From: Alphaproteobacteria bacterium
GTDB lineage: Bacteria; Pseudomonadota; Alphaproteobacteria; Paracaedibacterales; CAIULA01
Reading direction: 5' to 3'
Assembly (NCBI GenBank): GCA_947475175.1
Contig: CANJLN010000001.1
Coordinates: forward strand, 24,305-48,304
DNA: 24,000 nucleotides
Part shown: positions 7,064 through 13,504 of the stretch, piece after piece
Layout of the letters: every line of letters begins with the position of its first letter
Position numbering within the stretch: the stretch's first letter is position 1
Notes under the pieces: model-generated
Database searches by the model: none
The model's input: only the letters and a program-made list of their open reading frames with translations
What the model was told of the DNA's origin: nothing
Made by a program: the position numbers and the translations under genes

Positions 7064-8914
7064 TTACGCATGCTTTTTCAAAAAAGGATTCATTCCCTGA
7101 CTTAAAGCAACCGAGTCCGCAAATTGCAGCGTTGCCAAACGGCGATAAAGACCATCTTGCGTAATCAATTCAGCGTGCGTTCCAACAGCCTTAATTTCAC
7201 CTTGATCCAAAACCACAATTCGGTCCGCATTCAATACTGTTGCTAAACGGTGTGCGATCACAATTGTTGTGCGGGTTTTCATCAGGTGCTTTAGGCCATT
7301 TTGAACCGCATGTTCGCTTTCAGCATCCAAAGAATTGGTCGCCTCGTCCAAAAGGAGAATGCTTGGATTTCTTAGGATTGCACGGGCAATCGCAATGCGC
7401 TGTTTTTGCCCACCAGATAACCGAATGCCTCTCGTACCAACAACAGTATTAATGCCATGAGGAAGAATGGATAAAAAATCACCCAACTTAACAACCTCAG
7501 CCGCGCCCCATACTTCTTCTTCGGACGCGTTTGGCCGTCCATAGAGAATGTTTTCATAGATGGTTGTCGAAAACAGAGCAGGTTCTTGTGACACGATTCC
7601 AATTCGATTCCGCAAATCCTGCGCAGATGCATCTTTTATATCCATGCCATCTACATAAATGGACCCAGATTGCGGATCGTAAAAACGTAATAATAGAGAA
7701 AAGATGGTGCTTTTTCCCGCACCAGAGGGGCCAACAATGGCTAAGTTTTCGCCAGGAGCAACTGATAAAGTGGCCCTCTTTAAAACTTCACGCTCTGGAT
7801 GACTTGGGTATGCAAAGGAAACATTGTGCATCGCCAAGATCCCACGTGATATCACGGGCAGAGGGCGTTTTTGTTGATTGGACGCTGAAATCGGGAAAGA
7901 GAATAATTCTAAAAGGCGCTCTGTGGCACCCGCGGCCCTTTGCAGATCAGCAAAAAGTTCACTAAAAGAACCCGCAGAGCCGGCAGCAACCACCGCATAA
8001 AATACAAACGCTGATAATTCACCTGCTGTCAGTTGTAGGCTTGCAACATCGATAGCGCCTAACCATAGAACAACGCTGACCGCTGTAAAAACAAGGGTCA
8101 TGACAATACCGGCCATCAAAGCACGAGCGCGACTGCGTTTAACAGAAGCAGCAAAAGCATTTTCTGAATAATTGCGAAAAATTAATTTATCGATGCCTTC
8201 GTGATTAAAAGCCTGAACCGTTCGAATTTGATTGAGGCATTCATCTATGTAACCACCAATATCAGCGAGTCTGTCTTGAGACATCTTTGAATGATGACGA
8301 ACACGACGCCCCAATAAAACGATGGGAACAATAACAAGAGGAACAACCGCCAGGCAATATAAACTGAGTTTGGCTGAAATAGAGATCATCATAATAACCC
8401 CACCCACAAGCAAAAGTAGATTGCGAATAGCAATTGCAACTGATGTTCCAACCAAAATTTGAATCAGGGATGTATCTGTTGTCAGACGTGAGATAAGCTC
8501 ACCAACACGGATTTGTTCATAAAAACTGACTTCTAACTGCAGGATGTGTTGAAAAGCTTCACGCCTTAGATCATTCGCAACTCTTTCACCCAACCAAGCT
8601 ACATAATATGTTCTGCCAAAACTACCCAGAGCCAAAAGAACGACAGCAATACCAAGAGATGTTAGAATTGTTGGGAGTTGTTCAGCGCTTTGCCCAACAA
8701 AACCACCATCTATTAAATAACGAACACCAGATCCGAGGGCCAGAACCATACTTGAGGCAAGTAACAAGGAAAATAGAGCGAGGGTTATTTTGCCCTTATA
8801 GGGTGATAAAAAATGCTTTAAAAGACCAAATTCTTTAAGCGAGCGCAAAGGATGGTTACGTCCTGGTGGCCGTTTTTCGCCGATTGCAAAATCATGTTCA
8901 CTTTTTTCACGCAT
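7064..8914 (-). CDS. ABCB-type exporter, fused transmembrane domain and ATPase (MsbA-related/Mdl-like)
   Basis: The N-terminal half has six predicted TM helices and the GERVANDLRREAF...GELISRLTTDTSLIQ block typical of ABCB exporters. The C-terminal half has Walker A (GPSGAGKST), the ABC signature (LSGGQKQRIAIARA), Walker B (ILLLDEAT) and the H-loop (IAHRL). Confidence 0.9.
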   Translation of the reverse strand: MREKSEHDFAIGEKRPPGRNHPLRSLKEFGLLKHFLSPYKGKITLALFSLLLASSMVLALGSGVRYLIDGGFVGQSAEQLPTILTSLGIAVVLLALGSFGRTYYVAWLGERVANDLRREAFQHILQLEVSFYEQIRVGELISRLTTDTSLIQILVGTSVAIAIRNLLLLVGGVIMMISISAKLSLYCLAVVPLVIVPIVLLGRRVRHHSKMSQDRLADIGGYIDECLNQIRTVQAFNHEGIDKLIFRNYSENAFAASVKRSRARALMAGIVMTLVFTAVSVVLWLGAIDVASLQLTAGELSAFVFYAVVAAGSAGSFSELFADLQRAAGATERLLELFSFPISASNQQKRPLPVISRGILAMHNVSFAYPSHPEREVLKRATLSVAPGENLAIVGPSGAGKSTIFSLLLRFYDPQSGSIYVDGMDIKDASAQDLRNRIGIVSQEPALFSTTIYENILYGRPNASEEEVWGAAEVVKLGDFLSILPHGINTVVGTRGIRLSGGQKQRIAIARAILRNPSILLLDEATNSLDAESEHAVQNGLKHLMKTRTTIVIAHRLATVLNADRIVVLDQGEIKAVGTHAELITQDGLYRRLATLQFADSVALSQGMNPFLKKHA

Positions 8915-9227
8915 GGGATAACTCTAAATTGTAACCAAGTTGATGTTCTAATTCTGCAGCAAGTAAAGTATTTAATCCAGTTTTATTACGTGTCGATTGC
9001 CAATGTCCTTCTTCAAAACTGAAATGATGCGCTCCTGAAACAGGAGAAGAAAGCCAGAGTTGATTCATGGGTTCATGATAGTTGAGCAGGTAAACTTGGT
9101 CTGGACTTAGTTCAATGGACAGCATCTTTCCATCATAATCCACGTCGATGGCGTCGCAAGATTCCAGCTGATCTGCCAATGACTCTAGCGTTGCGAATGC
9201 TGTTTCTTTGTGGGAAGTAATGACCAT
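8907..9227 (-). CDS. cyaY: Frataxin homolog CyaY (iron-sulfur cluster assembly)
   Basis: 106 aa. The blocks DVDYDGKMLSIEL...YLLNYHEPMNQLWLSSPVSGAHHF...W match the CyaY/frataxin pattern. Its stop overlaps the ABC exporter ATG (ATGCGTGA, 8-nt overlap). Confidence 0.8.
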   Translation of the reverse strand: MVITSHKETAFATLESLADQLESCDAIDVDYDGKMLSIELSPDQVYLLNYHEPMNQLWLSSPVSGAHHFSFEEGHWQSTRNKTGLNTLLAAELEHQLGYNLELSHA

Positions 9228-9259
9228 TTTATATATTTAAATTTCGGAAAAGAAAAATC

Positions 9260-9335
<76 letters not shown>

Positions 9336-9350
9336 TTATATTGTCCCAAT

Positions 9351-9953
9351 CTACCCTGATCGTTTAGAGCTGGCAAGTGGAAACGATAAAGGCGCACCAA
9401 TGTCTTTATCGAGACCAACCTTTGTAGCGAGCACGTTCAACTGATACCACGCCAACGAATCATTTGACTGCAAGAGGGTAATCTGTTTCTTTATTCCGTC
9501 ATCATCTTTGTTAAAAAGTGTTTTTGCGAATGATAGAATATGTGGTTTATCAAGGAACTTAATAACGTTCTCGACGGTTTTAATATTTAAATCACTTGCA
9601 CTCTTAATACCAAGCTCTTTTGCTTCATCTAGCATAGCTTGACTGTCTGGAATAACATCAAAATATTGAAGCTTTGATTTCAGCTTAGACCATGCCTCCG
9701 GATCATCCTGCTTTAAAAGAACAATATGAGCCTCTATTTTCTCTTTGCTTACATAATGGTCAGCCGCGAATTTTTGCGCCACTTCACTATTAAGAAAATT
9801 AACAACGCTCTCAATGTTTTTAATATTTAAATCCGCGGCGCTGTAGATGCCAAAAGCCTTTGCTTCATTTTTAAGTGCGTCTGATGCAAAGCAAGAGCCT
9901 GTGATTAAAATTGTCGAAAGAGTAATGGCAACGATGAATTTTATGAGCTTCAT
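9351..9953 (-). CDS. Hypothetical exported protein made of two tandem ~80-aa repeats
   Basis: Signal-peptide-like N-terminus (MKLIKFIVAITLSTILITGSCFA). EAKAFGIYSAADLNIKNIESVVNFL... is repeated as EAKELGIKSASDLNIKTVENVIKFL... In the DNA, TTTAATATTTAAATC recurs 240 bp apart (about 9582 and 9822). Confidence 0.6.
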   Translation of the reverse strand: MKLIKFIVAITLSTILITGSCFASDALKNEAKAFGIYSAADLNIKNIESVVNFLNSEVAQKFAADHYVSKEKIEAHIVLLKQDDPEAWSKLKSKLQYFDVIPDSQAMLDEAKELGIKSASDLNIKTVENVIKFLDKPHILSFAKTLFNKDDDGIKKQITLLQSNDSLAWYQLNVLATKVGLDKDIGAPLSFPLASSKRSG

Positions 9954-10025
9954 TGATTTTGTCCAATGACTTTTTATTATTTTTAGTATTTTATTTAAGA
10001 TTATTACATTTTTATTAATATCAAG

Positions 10026-11018
10026 TTAAAAGCCCACCAACTGATCTTGAAAACCCATCAATGTCAAGCCACCACCGGAATGAACAATCAGATTATTGCC
10101 ATTCAATCCTTGCTCTTTGATGATTCGCCGAGCCTCTAAAAATAACTTTGCTGAATAAATGGGATCTGTCAGAAAGCCCTCTGCCCTAGCGATCTCAGCA
10201 ACTTGTTGCATGATTGTTTTGTTCACCGATCCAAATGATTTTGCTGTGATTGGAATGTGAAGTTGAAATCTTTTTCCCACCTCTTCCCATTCTAAGTCTT
10301 GTGAAGTCAGTCGTTCAAAATGCCTCTTAAAATTCTGAAGTTTGCTGATAAAAATGTCTTTATCGTCAGCTAATAAAAACACATGAACACAGGTTTGTTT
10401 TTCTAGATAAGCAAGAGTGAGAATCGTCGCAATGGCTGTTAAACCGCTTCCAGCCTCTGTAAAAATATGGCTAAAGCTCAACCCGAGGTTTTCTTCATTT
10501 CTTAAAATATCCAAAGGCAACGTGATCGCTCCCGGGAAAGCCTCTGGCATTAAGGCCCCTTCTGGAATAACGAACGCACCTCTAGGTTTGGCATATTTTT
10601 CAGCCAGACTTTCAACCTGTGGCCATTCTTCTCTTGGAACCCAATGAATGGAAGATTCAGGAACAAAAAGAGACGTCAAAAGGTAGTTTCCAATTTTCTC
10701 TGACGTGCCATCACCCAATAAAAACAAGGTTGGTTTGATGGATTGCTCAATCAATAATTGGCTTAATCCCAAGACATTGTTGGAGTATGAGCTTCCTATG
10801 ACAACAGCTTCTTGTATTTTTTTTTGTTTAAGATGTGGAATCAGCGATACATATTTTCTAAGTTTTGAACCGGAAATTCCAAAACCAAGCTCATCATCTC
10901 TTTTAACAAAGCAATTGGAACCAAATGACCGCAGTGAATGGACGCGTGAGCTTTGGTTATAATCGCTTAGAGAGCTAATCTTTTGTTTTAGATGAGTAAT
11001 CTTGAGAGATATCTTCAT
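10026..11018 (-). CDS. PLP-dependent 1-aminocyclopropane-1-carboxylate deaminase / D-cysteine desulfhydrase family protein
   Basis: 330 aa with the family N-terminal motif VKRDDELGFGISGSKLRKY (PLP-lysine context) and a C-terminal SGGGL glycine-rich loop. Confidence 0.75.
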   Translation of the reverse strand: MKISLKITHLKQKISSLSDYNQSSRVHSLRSFGSNCFVKRDDELGFGISGSKLRKYVSLIPHLKQKKIQEAVVIGSSYSNNVLGLSQLLIEQSIKPTLFLLGDGTSEKIGNYLLTSLFVPESSIHWVPREEWPQVESLAEKYAKPRGAFVIPEGALMPEAFPGAITLPLDILRNEENLGLSFSHIFTEAGSGLTAIATILTLAYLEKQTCVHVFLLADDKDIFISKLQNFKRHFERLTSQDLEWEEVGKRFQLHIPITAKSFGSVNKTIMQQVAEIARAEGFLTDPIYSAKLFLEARRIIKEQGLNGNNLIVHSGGGLTLMGFQDQLVGF

Positions 11019-11025
11019 AAGGCTC

Positions 11026-11325
11026 TTATGAAATTTGTATGCGATGGGTTCCTTTTTCTAAAACAAGGTGATAGCCACAAGCTTCTGCAATATTAACAAA
11101 GTTTTTCATTTTTAAGTCTTCTTGCTTGCCGGTGCGAAGTTTTTGAATGACAGCGGGGGATAATCCCACCTCATCTGCTAATCCTCTAACTGTTTTTTGC
11201 CCCTCTTCCATCAAGTCAACCAACAACTCTGACCACAGAAATTCTTTATAGCCCTCTTCAAAATCCTTTTTAAAGATAGGGTCTTTCATCTCTTGGTCAA
11301 ATGTCGATATTTTTTTTCTATTCAT
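11026..11325 (-). CDS. XRE/HTH-type antitoxin (HigA-like)
   Basis: 99 aa with an HTH segment (TVRGLADEVGLSPAVIQKLRTGK). It overlaps the upstream toxin gene by 8 nt, in the toxin-first order typical of HigBA/Gp49 modules. Confidence 0.7.
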   Translation of the reverse strand: MNRKKISTFDQEMKDPIFKKDFEEGYKEFLWSELLVDLMEEGQKTVRGLADEVGLSPAVIQKLRTGKQEDLKMKNFVNIAEACGYHLVLEKGTHRIQIS

Positions 11326-11704
11326 AATACGTCCCCTCTTTTAGTCGCCTTTGATAATTTTCTCTACAGGCTAAAGCCCGTTCTTTTTCACCCTGAGGCA
11401 ATTTCTGTTGTTTTTTTCTAAAGCCATTGGTAATGATAATTTTACTGTCCTGTATGAAAAAACACAGAAATCTCTCTGGATGAGGCTTAAAAGCGTAAAT
11501 TTGGTCACCCTCGTAATTAAATTTAGTTTTGTCACTAATTCTGCCGAAATCACCCATCCTCTTTGCCAGAAAAAGAAATTTCTTACGCTGACCAGTATCA
11601 AGACTTTGATAATAGTCTAAAGCTAAACTTTCTCCATTTTCAGAGACATACCATTCAACGGTAAAAGAATGGCCTTCGTAAGCGATGTATTGTTTTTCTT
11701 TCAT
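11318..11704 (-). CDS. Gp49-like (DUF891) RelE/HigB-superfamily toxin
   Basis: 128 aa. The pattern KFLFLAKRMGDFGRISDKTKF...YAFKPHPERFLCFFIQDSKIIITNGFRKKQQKLPQGEKERA matches the phage Gp49-like toxin family (...RilyfF...kiillthgF.KK..ktP..Ei..A). Confidence 0.75.
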   Translation of the reverse strand: MKEKQYIAYEGHSFTVEWYVSENGESLALDYYQSLDTGQRKKFLFLAKRMGDFGRISDKTKFNYEGDQIYAFKPHPERFLCFFIQDSKIIITNGFRKKQQKLPQGEKERALACRENYQRRLKEGTYYE

Positions 11705-11712
11705 AACCTAAC

Positions 11713-11732
11713 TGTACTATAAAAGTAGTACA
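11713..11732 (-). promoter_or_regulatory. Perfect 7-bp inverted repeat (TGTACTA-N6-TAGTACA), candidate operator of the toxin-antitoxin operon
   Basis: TGTACTA (11713-11719), spacer taaaag, then TAGTACA (11726-11732), lying 9-28 nt upstream of the toxin start codon at 11704. Type II TA operons are typically autoregulated at such palindromes. Confidence 0.4.
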
Positions 11733-11885
11733 ATTTCAACGTTTTTCTGGGAACATTGCACGCATGAATAAAATTAATGTAAAAACAGTAAATGATTTAC
11801 AGAAAATACACAATACTGTTAATAGAACGTTAATACAAAAGAACTATACTGTTAAGTAAGATTAATGCAAACCAAGAGCTATTAG

Positions 11886-12758
11886 ATGGATTTTCTTAAC
11901 ACACGCTCTCATTCAGCAGATTTAAGTTACGTTCGAGAAGCGATGAAAATGCCATTACTAGACAGAGAAAAAGAGATGAGCCTCGCTCGTGCTTGGTCAG
12001 AGGATCAAGATGAGAAAGCTTTTCAAGAACTGGTATGCGCTTACACGCGTCTTGTGGTCAGTGTAGCTTTGCGTTACCGCAACTATGGATTACCTGTCAG
12101 TGATTTAATTCAAGAAGGAAATATAGGGCTTTTACAAGCGGCTATTCGTTTTGACCACACTCGAGACGTGCGTTTTTCTACCTATGCAAAATGGTGGATA
12201 CGAGCTTGTATTCAAGAATTTATCTTAAGAAATTGGTCAATTGTGCGAACGGGTTCAACTTCAGCTCATAGAAACCTATTTTTCAATCTGAATCGCCTTC
12301 GCAATCAATTGCTTTCTCTCACAACAGACACCATGACATTACAAGACCAAACCGTTATTGCAGAACATCTTCATGTGACCATTCGACAAGTAGAGGAAAT
12401 GGAATACCGACTTGCTGGCCATGACCTGTCTTTAAGTCATCCCATCAGTGAATACGGAGAAGAAGATTGGCAGGATCTTTTACGTGATGTTCGACCAAAT
12501 CCAGAAGAAACAAGTGTTGAAGAACATTCAGAACAAAATCGTCTGCACTGGATTGAAGAAGCGATGGGCTGCCTGAATCCAAGAGAACAATACATCATCA
12601 CACAAAGACGTTTGACTGATTCTCCTTTGACTTTAGAAGAGCTTGGTAAAAAACTTTCCATCACCAAAGAGCGAGTTCGTCAACTTGAGGCAAAAGCTCT
12701 GAGACGCATGCGGTATTTCTTTATGGAGAGTATGTACGAGGTTCGCCAGACTCTTTGA
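11886..12758 (+). CDS. rpoH: RNA polymerase sigma-32 (heat-shock sigma factor RpoH)
   Basis: Sigma70-family regions are present: 2 (DLIQEGNIGLLQAAIRFD, STYAKWWIRACI) and 4.2 (LEELGKKLSITKERVRQLEAKALRRMR). The diagnostic RpoH box is also present (HRNLFFNLNRLR). Confidence 0.9.
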   Translation: MDFLNTRSHSADLSYVREAMKMPLLDREKEMSLARAWSEDQDEKAFQELVCAYTRLVVSVALRYRNYGLPVSDLIQEGNIGLLQAAIRFDHTRDVRFSTYAKWWIRACIQEFILRNWSIVRTGSTSAHRNLFFNLNRLRNQLLSLTTDTMTLQDQTVIAEHLHVTIRQVEEMEYRLAGHDLSLSHPISEYGEEDWQDLLRDVRPNPEETSVEEHSEQNRLHWIEEAMGCLNPREQYIITQRRLTDSPLTLEELGKKLSITKERVRQLEAKALRRMRYFFMESMYEVRQTL

Positions 12759-12888
12759 TACACCCTTCACCTTTCAAGAACCCTGTTCGTCAAAGTTCGG
12801 AAATCTTCGGTGCTCATGTATTTCCATATACATTCCGCTCCTCGACCCTTGTTTTCCTGCAGGTTTCTTGAAATTCATTGGGTATATA
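12758..12888 (+). repeat. ~130-bp palindromic-ended repeat element, copy A, intergenic
   Basis: It aligns by eye over its whole length with the reverse complement of 21688-21817, at roughly three-quarters identity with long identical runs such as AATCTTCGGTGCTC and CCGCTCCTCGACCCT. Its imperfect terminal inverted repeats are cACCCttcaccTTTCAAGAA and TTCTTGAAAttcattGGGTa. Confidence 0.85.
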
Positions 12889-12889
12889 A

Positions 12890-13504
12890 TTATTTATTTC
12901 TTTTCCAGGCGGCCCAAGCACCTATCATAATAATAATAAGCAGAATAACGCTTAGAAAATATTTCTGAACCGTTTCGAAATTCTCAATGATGCTGATCAT
13001 AACGTCCCCTAACAAATAACCGCTGATGCAGCTGACAAGTGTCCAGATGATCGCTGATAAAATATTTAGAGGAATATAACGCTGGGGGGAGATTCCAGCT
13101 GCACCAATCACAACGGCACTACTAATTCTAATACCATAAATAAAACGTGAAAGAATAATAAACCAAATATCGTATTTGTGAAGAAGTCTAAAAGCTTTCT
13201 CTGAAGATTTTTTTAAACTTGGAAAACGTTCAAATATTGCAGGCCCATAAGCACGCCCCACAAAATACAACACTTGATCAGCGATCAATGTACCAAAAAA
13301 CGCAATAATCATAATTTTGTAAAGGGAGAGATAACCAGCGTAAGCCATAGAACTCGCCGTTAAAATAACAGACTCGCCTTCGATTAAAGATCCCAAAAAA
13401 ACTGCCCAGTATCCCCATTCTTGTACAAAGGCAATAAACTGTTCCAACTTTTTATCCTGATTTTGGGCGTTTCCACCTAAGGAGAATAGCAAAGATTGAA
13501 CCAA
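12890..13504 (-). CDS. dedA: DedA/SNARE-associated family inner-membrane protein
   Basis: Family blocks are GYWAVFLGSLIEGESVILTA, YFVGRAYG and LSRFIYGIR, with multiple TM helices. The annotated ATG overlaps the ccmF/H 3' end by 53 nt, so the true start may be further downstream. Confidence 0.75.
   Translation of the reverse strand: MVQSLLFSLGGNAQNQDKKLEQFIAFVQEWGYWAVFLGSLIEGESVILTASSMAYAGYLSLYKIMIIAFFGTLIADQVLYFVGRAYGPAIFERFPSLKKSSEKAFRLLHKYDIWFIILSRFIYGIRISSAVVIGAAGISPQRYIPLNILSAIIWTLVSCISGYLLGDVMISIIENFETVQKYFLSVILLIIIMIGAWAAWKRNK

Noticed and set aside
7240-8838. Antisense and alternative-frame ORFs inside the ABC exporter, with similar ones inside the Pro-rich gene, the PLP gene, rpoH, ccmF, rnr, rpe, the heparinase-like gene and dnaE
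   Set aside because: All are 60-144 aa and fully nested in strongly supported genes. They have skewed composition and no motifs. They are typical shadow ORFs.
11783-11800. LexA/SOS-box-like ACAG repeats upstream of rpoH
   Set aside because: The arrangement is ACAG-N10-ACAG, a direct repeat. It is neither the gamma-type CTGT-N8-ACAG palindrome nor the alphaproteobacterial GAAC-N7-GAAC direct repeat.
13452-13504. 53-nt same-strand overlap between the ccmF/H 3' end and the dedA 5' end as a programmed feature
   Set aside because: This is more likely an over-extended dedA start call. The conserved DedA sequence begins near LEQFIAF.., and a TTG sits just after the ccmF/H stop. There is no slippery sequence or structure suggesting recoding.
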